This document shows, in pieces, positions 1 through 11,142 of a DNA stretch of 64,000 nt. The notes below the pieces were generated by a model. That model did no database searches. It was not told where the DNA came from and worked only from the letters and a program-made list of their open reading frames with translations. Position numbers and translations under genes: made by a program. Origin of the DNA: Octopus vulgaris (Eukaryota); NCBI GenBank assembly GCA_951406725.2, contig OX597829.1, forward strand, positions 29,760,001-29,824,000. The letters run 5' to 3'. Position 1 is the first letter of the stretch. Each line of letters opens with the position of its first letter.

Positions 1-249
1 CTCTGGTGAATTCTTGAAGTACAGTGGGGCAAAAGTAACAAAATCACTAAAACATCTGTTGAAGAGATTATGTTACCACTAAGCTGTGCACTTGCGCACA
101 TGCACACATGTCTTACAACAATCACAATGTATAAAATGTACAGACAAGGATTTCAAGATTAAATTAGATTTTTTTAATTGATGATGGTTACTTGTGAAGA
201 AGGACAAAGCTTGCATACAAGCAAATACCTGCAAACACTCACAGCAATA

Positions 250-690
250 AATTAGAAGGTACATTGTCAACAAATACAGGGAATAACAGTAAGCCCTGGC
301 CATTTGAAGAAAAAGGGTCATTGTGAAGCTTCCAAAAAACAAAAGAATACAGACCTGGTAGACTACAACAACTGGTTAGTAATTACTTTGCTCCCCATTC
401 CAGCTAAAGTTTTCTGCAAATGTTACTGAACAGGATTTTACAAGCATTTATACAAAATAGCAAGAGAACAAATAAGATTTCATTCCAGCCACTCTTCAGC
501 TGCACAAATTTTTACATAGAATATAGAGTTCTGGTCGGCACTGTCAATCACCTTTAGGGACATCAAAAGTCCCTTTGACAACATCCATTGGGAATCACCA
601 TGGAAGAACTTGATTCTCCAACAATGTCTAAATATATATAGGAAGCTATAAGAAGGCTCCAGCTGCAGCTGTGTCAAGACAGATATTGGC
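250..690 (+). mobile_element. Old RTE-type LINE reverse transcriptase fragment
   Basis: Degenerate translation DYNNWLVITLLPIPAKVFCK...REQIRF...QIF...ITFRDIKSPFDNIHWESPWKNL matches early non-LTR RT motifs (NxRxITLL, EQxGF, FxDxxKAFD). Confidence 0.6.
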
Positions 691-744
691 CCTGACTATA
701 AAACTTAAAATCATCAATGCTTTGGGTACATCATATGGAATTCC

Positions 745-915
745 TGCCTATACCTTTTCTACATATCAAGCATGGTCATTTACCTGAAGGGAGTTGAATC
801 ATGTTTAATTTCTGGCTTACTAGAACTTAGGTCTTTGCTAAGTTAACTTTAAGGCTCTTTGATTCCAGGTTTTGCTTCCACACAGAATTTCTTTTCTAAT
901 TCTACTATAGATTCC
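745..915 (-). mobile_element. RTE LINE fragment
   Basis: Resembles 60560-60720 and, in reverse complement, the WKQGLESKSLRVNLAKTK region of the 19336-20724 ORF. Confidence 0.55.
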
Positions 916-1394
916 ATTATGAGAATGAGGTAATTAGCATATGATAGTTCCCAAGGGACACCTAGTCTTAAATTCCTGTTACAGCCTGAAGGAGGACAAT
1001 GACCAACATATGGGGACAGAAAACCAAGCCCTGGTGCACTCCTACCTGTTCTCTAAATTCACCGCTGTATTCCTGCCCAACAGTGAGAGTGTGTGTGTGA
1101 GCGTGTGCATATTGTGTGTGTATTGTATGTGTGTGTGTGTATTGTGTGTGCGTGTATTGTGTGTATGCATGTGTGTGTGTGTGTGTGTATTTTTGAGCTA
1201 TGTATTTCTGTTTCAAAAAATATAAATGTTGTTTCAAATAATTCTTGAGCTGAGTCAATTATCCATTTCTCAGCAACATCAGGTATTCTGCTGGTATACA
1301 TATATATAAATAATGTGGGTGGCTTATTAGCAATGCAGGTACCTCTTAGTACTCTCTGTCACTTTAGTGATGTCTATAAATTTGCCTACACACA

Positions 1395-1475
<81 letters not shown>

Positions 1476-1691
1476 ACACACACACACACATATATATAAA
1501 TAGATGGGTGTAACAATTAACGCGGAAAAAATAGATAAAGAGTTACCAGGGTAGCAACAAATCACACAAGTAAAAAGGTTATAACTCCTTGTTCTTAAAG
1601 GTAGAAACTCCGGGTTTACATGAAATATTTTGTATAATATATATAAATAAATAAATGGAGTTAAACACAGGTGTTATTCAAATTCTTTTAC

Positions 1692-1776
1692 TTCTGACAC
1701 ATGTTTCGAAGATATCACTGGTATTATTCCAAAGGAATAAAATGGTGTAAAACAATGTAATCTTCTCTTCAGAGAA
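1692..1776 (-). ncRNA. Type I hammerhead ribozyme with extended stem II
   Basis: ttct-CTGAAGA-gaagat..(long insert)..atcttc-GAAA-catgtg-TC-agaa: intact core, stem I ttct/agaa, GUC cleavage triplet. Confidence 0.7.
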
Positions 1777-2426
1777 ATGAAGAAATGAAACTCATCAATA
1801 AGACATTTCAACAGAAAATGATGGATATGTATAGTGATTAACTGAACACTTTTAAGTTTGTTTTAAAAAAAGGTTAGAGAATATAACGTCAATGGTAGCC
1901 AATAGAAAGAGGAGGGGTAAAGGAAAGAAAGAAACAAACAAATGAGAAGTATATAACGATATGTATATTAAATAAAACCCTATAGTCTTAGAAAAATATA
2001 TATCTAGTGAATGTGAAATGTAAGAAGAAAATTAATGCTTAAATTATATATAATGATAGATATCACTTATATGAACTAAAGGTGTATTTCTGCCAATGTT
2101 TACATCAGTATGCATGCTCTATAACCATGTTTACAAGGGGATTTTTAGAAAAAAGAATAAAAAATAGTTCAGAATTACAGAGAAGACAGGATCCTTGCTT
2201 TTATCACAAGGTATTGAAATTGAAAGAATCAACCATTCTAAATTAAATTGTTTATCGTGGTCTTTTAGATACCAAATTTATTTACTAAGCCCCTCTTCTT
2301 TTTATAGGCTACCTTTGACGTTATATCCTCGTATGCTTTTTCAAAAACAAACTTAATAGCATTCAGTTAATCACTATACATATCCATCATATTCTGTTAA
2401 AATGTCTTATTGACAAGTTTCTTTAT

Positions 2427-2511
2427 TTCCCTGAAGAGAAGATTACATTGTTTTATACCATTTTATTCCTTTGGAATAATACCAGTGATATCTTCGAAAC
2501 ATGTGTCAGAA
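2427..2511 (+). ncRNA. Type I hammerhead ribozyme (inverted copy)
   Basis: CTGAAGA 2431-2437, GAAA 2496-2499, GTC 2505-2507; C.A mismatch at the base of stem I. Confidence 0.6.
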
Positions 2512-2689
2512 GTAAAAGAATTTGAATAACACATGTGTTTAACTCCATTTATTTATGTATGTATATATATATATATAAATTTTTTTTGAAATGGATAAAT
2601 AATACTTGTGATATTCTTTGAATACATGTGTCACATGAAGTAAAAGAATTTGAATAACACATGTGTTTAACTCCATTTATTTATGTATG

Positions 2690-2735
<46 letters not shown>

Positions 2736-2741
2736 TATATA

Positions 2742-2918
2742 CAGGGTGCGATGAGTAAACTGTCACCATTTCATAATTTTAATTTCACGCATGCATGTTG
2801 TTTGTTTTTGATTTTGTCAACTATGCAGTTTAGTAAGGTCAGTTGGGCACTGTCTGTGAGAAAAACAGCAACATCACTCAATTCACTCTGCCAGAAATTT
2901 GGAAATGACATGCAGTAC
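2742..2918 (+). mobile_element. Left end of a mariner/maT-like DNA transposon
   Basis: TA-CAGGGTGCGATGAGTAAACTGTC terminus, similar to the terminus at about 15665 next to a transposase remnant. Confidence 0.5.
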
Positions 2919-3379
2919 ACATACATATATATATATATATATGTATTTATGTATTACACCTTACTCCTCTGCAAAACGGTATTTCCCATCATCTGCACTC
3001 CATCCTTGTTCATCATTCTCTTCTCTAATCTCTACCTCCACTTGTTTGCTTCTTTTTCACACTTTTATGAAAGTTTCCATTCTCTCATTCCTTCCCTTGA
3101 TCCACTATCCTTGTCCTTTCTTATGCTTACCTTCTTGTTCCTTGTTCCTTGAAAATTGTTCTTGCATCCCATCACTATGTTCCTCTTATCTCTCTCAGCC
3201 ATATATCTCTTCTATAGCAAGACAGCTCTGTTTGTTCCTCTATAACACTTTAGTTTTTCAACATCTGGCATACTCACCTCCACCTTCCCCTCACAAATAC
3301 TCTTTCTTAGTAGTGTGAGCATTTTCCTTCTTTCCTTCTCTTTTTCTATTTTTCTGCCTTGCAAATTACATGGCAACCT

Positions 3380-4205
3380 CACTAGTGCTGGCAGTACAAA
3401 AATAACATCCAGTACACACTGTAAATTAGTTGGCATTAGGAAGGGTATCCAGGCCAGAGAAACCATGCTAAAGATGACATTGGTGCATGATGCAGAACTG
3501 CAAGCTCACCGGTTCCCTATCAAATTATCTCACCCATGCCAGCATAGGAAGTAGACATTAAATCATGTTGATAATGTTGATTTTATATATGTGTGTGTAT
3601 ATATCATCATCACCACCACCACCACCACAACCGCCACCATCCTCCTCCTCCTCCTCCTCCTCCTCATCATCATCATCATCATCATCATCATTTCACATTT
3701 GCTTTCCATGCTGGCATGGATTGGATGGTCTGACTAGAACAGGTAAGCCGGAGAACTGCACCAGGTTCTTTCTGATTTGGCACAACTGGATATCCTTCCT
3801 AATTGCCAACCACTCTGAGAGTGTAATGGATGCATGCACTTTACAAGCCACCGGCATTGGTGCCATTTACAAGACACTGGCAACAACCATGATTACAATT
3901 TCATGGGTGCCATCCGCATAACACTGGCAGCGGTCATGACTCTGATTTCTCTTGATTTGAGTCTTCTCAAGTGCAACATACAGCCAAAGGTCTCAGTCAC
4001 TTGTCATCACCTCCACGAGGCCCAACATTTGAAGATCATGCTACTTGCAATGACCACAATTACAATTTCACTGATGCCATTCACATGACAGTGGCAATGG
4101 TCACGACAACAATTTTACTTGGCTCAAGTTTTCTCAAGCACAACATATCACCAAAGGTCACTTGTCATCACTTCCATTTAGGACCAACATTCGAATATCA
4201 TGCTT
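3380..4205. mobile_element. Two degenerate RTE 3'-UTR fragments, tail to tail
   Basis: ggcattaggaagggtatccag...catgccagcat (+) and catcat..tttccatgctggcatgg..gccaaccactctgagagtg (-), both matching the RTE 3' end at 21400-21583. Confidence 0.6.
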
Positions 4206-4243
4206 CACCATATATATATATATATACACATTTATATATTCAC

Positions 4244-4276
<33 letters not shown>

Positions 4277-4447
4277 CAGATATATATACATACATACATG
4301 CGGTCACAGGAGTGTGGCGAAAGAACTCTGGCCGAAATAAGATTAAGATTAATGTAAAAAATAAATAACACTGAAGCAAAGTAACACCAAATATATAGTG
4401 CATGTGTTTTTATTGGCTAAACTGGCAAAATGACCATTCCGAAATAT

Positions 4448-4486
<39 letters not shown>

Positions 4487-4489
4487 AGT

Positions 4490-4906
4490 AGGTGAATGAA
4501 TTATCCTAGCATGGAAAATTCGTTTAGCCGATACCTGGGTAGCAAATTCACGTCAGAAAACACGGTTGAAGCGACCTGTCAAGGGTAGAAACTCCGGATT
4601 CTTGTGTGGAAATTTGTGTGTTTTTTAAATGAATAAATGAAAGAATGGAGTCGAACGAATATTTTAACAAAATTTCTTTACTCTCGACACATGTTTCGAA
4701 GAGGGCATACTTATAATTCCGAAGGAATAAAGGGTGTATTATGCCATCTTCTCATCAGGAAAGATAAGGAGCCTCTTTCAGCCACATGACGAACAAAAGT
4801 TTTTGATGATTGCCTACATGGTGACCACAGTATGGCGTCTTCGAAACATGTGTCGAGAGTAAAGGAATTTTGTTAAAATCTTCGTTCGACTCCATTCTTT
4901 CATTTA

Positions 4907-4910
<4 letters not shown>
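4490..4910 (-). mobile_element. Penelope-like pseudo-LTR remnant with inverted arm
   Basis: Shares gggtagcaa, ggtagaaactccgg and acacatgtttcgaaga blocks with 1500-1780; inverted arms 4630-4702 and 4836-4910. Confidence 0.65.
4681..4763 (-). ncRNA. Type I hammerhead ribozyme with extended stem II
   Basis: ctttc-CTGATGA-gaagatggcata...tatgccctcttc-GAAA-catgtg-TC-gagag; stems I and II pair and differ in sequence from the 1692-1776 copy. Confidence 0.7.
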
Positions 4911-4949
<39 letters not shown>

Positions 4950-4986
4950 TAAATAGAATTATTGCTATATAGTTTAAAATAGTTTA

Positions 4987-5016
4987 AATAGTTTAAATAG
5001 AATTATACACTGTGTG

Positions 5017-5068
<52 letters not shown>

Positions 5069-5096
5069 AGTGTGTATTGATGTTTACACACACATG

Positions 5097-5154
<58 letters not shown>

Positions 5155-5198
5155 TATATATATATGTATATACATGTGTGTGTAAACATCAATACACA

Positions 5199-5246
<48 letters not shown>

Positions 5247-5277
5247 CACACAGTGTATAATTCTATTTAAACTATTT
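4987..5277. repeat. Near-perfect palindrome of about 290 bp centred on (AT)n
   Basis: tttaaatagaattatacactgtgtgagag(tg)n..tattgatgtttacacacacatg is mirrored by catgtgtgtgtaaacatcaata..(ca)n ctctcacacagtgtataattctatttaaa. Confidence 0.85.
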
Positions 5278-5504
5278 CATTTAATAGTTCTGATGTTTAC
5301 CTTAACATATTCACAATTTCATTGTTTCTGAGTATACACCACTGACACTAGATTTTAACCTACAAACTTTGTGAGCATGGAGCAAGAATTTTCAGTCATT
5401 TTTTGTCTTTCTTAATCCAGGTGATGGGTGCATTCATTGTACTTTGCTATAAAGAAATGGACATGTACTGGTCCCATGTTAGTATTGACTGATCTTGGAT
5501 ACAG

Positions 5505-5955
5505 ACATAATGATGATAATGATGATGATGCTAGTGGTGGAAGTGTTATTTGTGGCATGGTGATTGTTGTGGTGATGATAATGGCAGTTGTCATTCTTGT
5601 TATCATCATCGTCATAATGGTAGTATTGATGGTAGTGGTGGTGATGGTGGTGGTGGTCATCGTCATGGTGGTGAACATGATGTTGGTGGTGGTGAAGGTG
5701 GTAGTTATGGTGGTAGTTATGGTGGTAGTGATGGTGGTGAAGGTGGTAGTGGAAATGGTCATGATGATGATGATGATGGTGGTAATTGTAATGTTGGTGA
5801 TTGTGGTGTTGATGGTGATGGTGATTACCATCATTATTGTTATCACCATTGTAGTGATGATGATGGTAGTGCTGGTGCTTGGTGCTGCTGCTACTGGTGG
5901 TAGTGGTGGTGGTGGTGGTGGTGGTGGTGGTGCTGCTGCTGCTGCTGCTGTTGGT
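5505..5955. repeat. Degenerate (GAT/GGT/GCT)n trinucleotide tract
   Basis: Directly visible; explains the poly-V/M/T ORFs. Confidence 0.9.
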
Positions 5956-6231
5956 AATAGCAATATTAGTTTTGGTGCAATTGGTATTGTTTGTTAAAAT
6001 GACATTTCATTTATTAAACTAATTAACATAATAACCATCAGGAAGTATTGTCTTCTTGAACCATTACATATATTTGATGCAATCATTTTCACTGGATATT
6101 AGGTGGGAATTTTCAAAAGTTCTGCATAGCATCTTGGCAAAATAGTTCTACTAACATTAGCCTCATCCCACCCAAAGTTCTTTCTAGAGAAATTTGGTTG
6201 GCAGAAACTGTGTGGTTGGCAGAAAAGCAGC

Positions 6232-6462
6232 AAGGTGGTAGAAACGTTAGCACACCAGGCAAAATGCCTAGCAGTATTTCGTCTGCCACTATGTTCTGAG
6301 TTCAAATTCTGCCGAGGTCAACTTTGCCTTTTATCCTTTCGGGGTTGATTAATTAAGTACCAGTTACACACTGGGGTCGATATAATCGACTATATCCTTT
6401 TGTCTGTCCTTGTTTGTCCCCTCTGTGTGTAACCCCTAGTGGGCAATAAAGAAATAAGAAAC
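6232..6462 (+). mobile_element. tRNA-derived SINE with Meta/MESC-like central domain
   Basis: B-box-like gagttcaaattc, central tttatcctttcggggttgattaattaagtaccag, tail aataaagaaataagaa; homologous to 49450-49668. Confidence 0.75.
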
Positions 6463-7330
6463 TATGTACCTTGAAATCAAGAGGACTGATCCTGATGTCT
6501 ACAACTCTTTCCTGCAATCAGACCTAGACACAATGCAGCAATGGATCACAGACTGGCAACTGAAACTGGCTGTGGACAAGTGTACCACCATGCATTTTGG
6601 GAGAAAAAACCCTGCGTCCACATACTCCCTCCACAACACTGATATCAAGAAATCCTCTTGCGAGCGTGACCTAGGCATCACTGTCAGCAGTGATTTGCGT
6701 TGGACAAAGCATATCTCTAAAATTGTCAAGAAGGCCGAGGGTGTCTTGGCATCACTTAGCAAGACTTTTGTTAGCCGCTCTGCAGCCATCTATTTAAAAC
6801 TGTATACAGCTATGGTACGACCGCACTTGGAATTCGCATCATCAGTTTGGAATCCCTATCTTGCTCAGAACATTGACCTCCTGGAATCTGTCCAGAGACG
6901 TGCAACCAAACGCATACCCTCCATCAGATACCTACCATATTCTGAGCACCTTGTTTCCCTGGGCATGGATTCACTGAAGCTCCGGCGTCTGGCGACGGAC
7001 TTGGTAAACACCCACAAGGTTATCAACCACCTCACCAACAACAACACTGAACACCTTTTTGATCTCCATGTGTCTAACACACGTGGACATGCCTACAAAG
7101 TCAGAAAACAACACAGCTCCCATGACTTTCGGAAACATTTTTTCACGCTCAGAGTTGCTGAAGCATGGAATAAACTGCCTGCGTCAGTTGTTGACTGCCA
7201 TGACACTGCATCCTTCAAGGCCCTCATGCTTTCCGAAATCCGCCGAAACTACACCTGATTATATATACACTTTAGATGAGTTGTAGTGCACCTGAGCACT
7301 GTACACAATTATTATTATTATTATTATTAT
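6463..7330 (+). mobile_element. CR1-clade LINE 3' fragment (RT C-terminus, short 3' UTR, (ATT)n tail)
   Basis: ORF 6464-7258: LQSDLD..W..DWQLKL..KC..MHFG, ERDLGI, LYTAMVRPHLEFASSVWNPY, LESVQRRATK, TRGH.YK, RKHFF.LRV..WNKLP; (att)n at 7308-7330. Confidence 0.9.
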
Positions 7331-7394
7331 GTGGCAACAGGTCAGACGAGCACATTCCTGTTCTTGCTTTGTAGATTTAATCTGTAACCCAGTA

Positions 7395-7790
7395 TCTTTT
7401 ACTTGTTTTCGTTATTAGTCACTGTGGTCATGTTGGGGCACTGCCTTGAAGAATTTTTAGTCAAATGTATCAATGCCTGTAGTTATTTCCTTCAAGCCTG
7501 GTACTTATCCTCTCATTTTTTTTTTTGGCAAAACCTTTAAGTTACAGGGACATAGATACACCAGCACTGGTTGGAGACAAACACAGACACAAACACACAC
7601 AGACACGCACGCCCCCACACACACACATGATGGGCTTCTTTCAGTTTCTGTATGTCAAATTCACTCACAAGGCTTTGGTGGGCCGAGGCTTTAGCAGAAG
7701 ACACATGCCCAAGGGGTGTCATACAGTAGGATTGAACCCCAAAACATGTGGTTGGGAAGTAAACTTCTTACCACACAGCCATGCCTACAT
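7395..7790 (-). mobile_element. tRNA-derived SINE (family with GTAAAAGA tail)
   Basis: Reverse-complement homology to 44386-44836. Confidence 0.75.
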
Positions 7791-8679
7791 CTATATTTGG
7801 TTTCACTTAACATATTACCTGATCCTTGGATGCTTTTTGTAGAGACCATTCCATTGCATATAATCTATAATTCAAGGATAAATTCTTCCTTTACTCTGAC
7901 CAGTCTTGGAGGTTCTTACAAGGTCAAGGGCCTATTTAACATCACAGATTAAGTGATAAAAAATAAAAATAAATATGTAATAATCAATGGCAATTGGCCT
8001 ACTGGTGGCTCAAGGTTCTGCTGTCTGCAGCCTATTACGAACATGTTGTTGTTTCCATGCCAGCCAAACAAGTGTTAATTAACAAATGACACAGATTACT
8101 TAGATGAAAATAGTTAGCATGAGGCTATCTGGTAGTACAGATCACTATTGTAAACAAACTGATGTGCTATAGAAAAATCCACTAAATGCTTTTTGCTTGC
8201 TAGCAATGCTGAGTTCAAAACCTGTCAGGGCTACAGATTAAGACAAATAGGTTTTGTTGAGTGTTAGCTTCATTTTGTTCTAGATCAAATGGTGGGGTGC
8301 TTAGACTAACCTACTGACAAAGTCTCTGCAACACAGTATAATGAAAAAAAGAAAAAAAAAGAAAAGAAAACAATTAATAACAGTTTAATCTGTAAAATTA
8401 AAATGGTAATTTAATTCCAGCCACATCAAATGTAATCCTCACAACCTATCTATAGGAACAATATCTCCAACTATGAGCTAGTTTGTTATGATCTATCTGA
8501 CTAATACCAGCATGGTAAACAAGAGTATAAAATGTGGAGGAGGAGGAGGAAGAGAGGGAGGGGTGATAATGAAGATGAGGATGAGAATGATGAGGAAGAT
8601 GAGGATGAGAACAATAACGATGAAGTTGTCAATGATAAGGAAGACAAGGATGATGACAAAGATGACAGTGATGATGATG

Positions 8680-9170
8680 ATGATCATCATCATCATCATT
8701 TAGCGTCCATTTTCCATGCTAGCATGGGTTGGACGGTTTAACTGGGGTCTGTGAAGCCGGGAGGCTTCATCAGGCCCAGTCAGATTTGGCAGTGTTTCTA
8801 CGGCTGGATGCCCTTCCTAATGCCAACCACTCCGTGAGTGTAGTGGGTGCTTTTTACGTGCCACCTGCACAGGTGCCAGACAAGCTAGCAAACAGCCACG
8901 AACGGATGGTGCTTTTACGTGCTACCGGCACGCAGGCCAGGCGAGGCTGGCAACAGACATGAACGGATGCTGCTTTTACGTGCTACCGGCATGGGGGCCA
9001 GGCGATCTGGCAACGGACACAAGCGGATGGTGCTTTTACGTGCCAATGGCATGGGGGCCAAGCGAGGCTGGCAACGGACACAAACGGATGGTGCTTTTAC
9101 GTGCTACCGGCACGGGGCCAGGCGAAGCTGGCAACGGACACGAGCGGATGGTGCTTTTACGTGCCAATGC
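8680..9170 (-). mobile_element. RTE 3'-UTR fragment with about 60-bp minisatellite
   Basis: (CAT)n tail, ttccatgctagcatgggttggacgg, then about 5 units of cggatggtgcttttacgtgc..ggcaacggacac. Confidence 0.8.
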
Positions 9171-9651
9171 CAAAACATGGAGACAGGACAGTAATAAAAT
9201 GTAAAAGAGGATGTGTGCAGGGAAGAGAGGTAATTTGAATGGGGGGCATTGACTTTGTAAAAGGTTGAAAGCCTCTGCTTTTATAGAAACATTTAATTCA
9301 TCCCCAGATCTTGTTTGTTTTGTAATCATATATCTGTCAGTAGGTTACTGAATTTGGTAATTCTACTCATTACATATGGAAGAAAAAAAAAATCTCAAGT
9401 TTTCTTCTTTTGTTCTTTTGTTCTTTTGTTTCTTGTCATTCAGATTTTATCCTGTTAGGAATTATTCAAAACTCATATATGATAGCTCTTGTCCTTTTTT
9501 TTTTCTGGCATTGTGTCAAGGCTATTGTATGTGTACATAGGAGGATGGTAGAAAAGACATATAAAAAAAAAGGAAACAAATATATGTAAATAGTAATTCT
9601 AAACATTTATGGTATTCATTTTCTACATGAAGTAAATAAATTATTCATATA

Positions 9652-9690
<39 letters not shown>

Positions 9691-9959
9691 CACACATATA
9701 TATGTGTGTATTAATATATATATGTGTGTGTGTGTATGTATATATATACATATATATATATTGATAAAGATGGTAAGATAACAAAAGAAAGAAAGAGACC
9801 TCGATATTATGTAAATAGAGGAATATATCTGTAAATGTAATATGTGACAATTATTTGGTAGCCATGATAAAACTCCGAGTTTCCGCCCTGACATCGAAAA
9901 GTTGGAGTTTTATTCAGGCTACTGAATAATTGTCACATATTACATTTATAGATATATAT

Positions 9960-10505
9960 ATCTACTTGTGAAGACCTGTTGAGGCAAGTGAGGATCAGAA
10001 TCGAAATCGATCAATGGAAATTGCAGATGTGTTACCAGTGCCGGTGGCATGTCGAAACTCTACTTGTGAAGACCTGTTGAGGCAAGTGAGGATCAGAATC
10101 GAAATCGATCAATGGAAATCGATCAATGGAAATTGGAAATTGCAGATGTGTTACCAGTGCCGGTGGCATGTAAGAGAACCTTCCGTTTCGCGACCGTTGC
10201 CAGCACCGCCCCGTTTCGTGTCCGTTGCCAGCCTCGCCTGGCCCTCGTGCCGGTGGCACATAAAAAGCACCATCCGTTCGTGGCCATTTGCCAGCTCTGT
10301 CTGGCACCTGTGCGGGTGGCACATAAAAAGCACCCACTACACTCTCGGAGTGGTTGGCGTTAGGAAGGGCATCCAGCCGTAGAAACACTGCCAGATTTGA
10401 CTGGGCCTGATGAAGCCTTCTGGCTTCACAGACCCCAGTAGAACCGTCCAACCCATGCTAGCATGGAAAACGGACGCTAAACGATGATGATGATGATGAT
10501 GATGA
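9960..10505 (+). mobile_element. RTE 3'-UTR fragment with internal duplication of about 100 bp
   Basis: gaagacctgttgaggcaagtg occurs twice; ends aaacgatgatgatg; 3' part near-identical to 56713-57080. Confidence 0.8.
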
Positions 10506-10524
10506 TATATATACATACATACAT

Positions 10525-10559
<35 letters not shown>

Positions 10560-10652
10560 TAATCTTTTAATCTTTGGATTTTTTTAATATGCTAGGCCAC
10601 TGGTTTTAATTGATTAATATCAATTTCTACCCTTATTCAATTTTGTATATAT

Positions 10653-10936
10653 ATCATCATCATCATCATCATCATCGTTTAACGTCCGTTCTCCATGCTA
10701 GCATGGGTTGGACGGTTCGACTGTGGATCTGGGAAGCCAGAAGGCTGCACCAGGCTCCAGTCTTATCTGGCAATGTTTCTACAGCTGGATGCCCTTCCTA
10801 ACGCCAACCACTCCGTGAGTGTAGTGGGTGCTTTTTACGTGCCACCTGCACAGGTGCTAGGCGAGGCTGGCAATGGCCACGGTCGGATTGGTGCATTTTA
10901 CGTGCCACCGGCACGGAAGCCAGTCGAGGCAGCGCT

Positions 10937-10940
<4 letters not shown>
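10653..10940 (-). mobile_element. RTE 3'-UTR fragment
   Basis: Reverse-complement match to 21290-21583. Confidence 0.8.
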
Positions 10941-10973
<33 letters not shown>

Positions 10974-11103
10974 CAAATCACAACATTTGTTTCTGCACTG
11001 GACACCAGCTTTAAGTTAGATAAGATTATTCTTTAGAATAACAATATAAATAAATATTTTTCAGTCACAGTTGTGAGTTGGTACAGATGTGTCTTGTCAG
11101 GTG

Positions 11104-11139
<36 letters not shown>

Positions 11140-11142
11140 ATA

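Larger units (their letters stand above)
1500..2560 (-). mobile_element. 5'-truncated Penelope-like element with GIY-YIG C-terminus, pseudo-LTR and inverted partial pseudo-LTR
   Basis: Minus-strand 2065-2292 translates to GLSK*IWYLKDHDKQFNLEWLIL...CLLCNSELF...CKHWQKY, typical of the PLE endonuclease C-terminus (LSKxIWxLK...CxLC...CxH). About 270-bp inverted arms at 1648-1917 and 2290-2556. Confidence 0.75.

Noticed and set aside
4803-4859. Functional plus-strand hammerhead
   Set aside because: The core reads TTGATGA and stem II does not pair; only the 3' half is duplicated.
5412-5997. Long poly-V/M/T/G ORFs (also 13244-14365 and 38424-39059)
   Set aside because: They are translations of trinucleotide microsatellites that are open in several frames on both strands.
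8890-9170. CRISPR-like repeat-spacer appearance
   Set aside because: The 'spacers' are similar to each other, the context is eukaryotic and there are no cas genes; it is an RTE 3'-UTR minisatellite.
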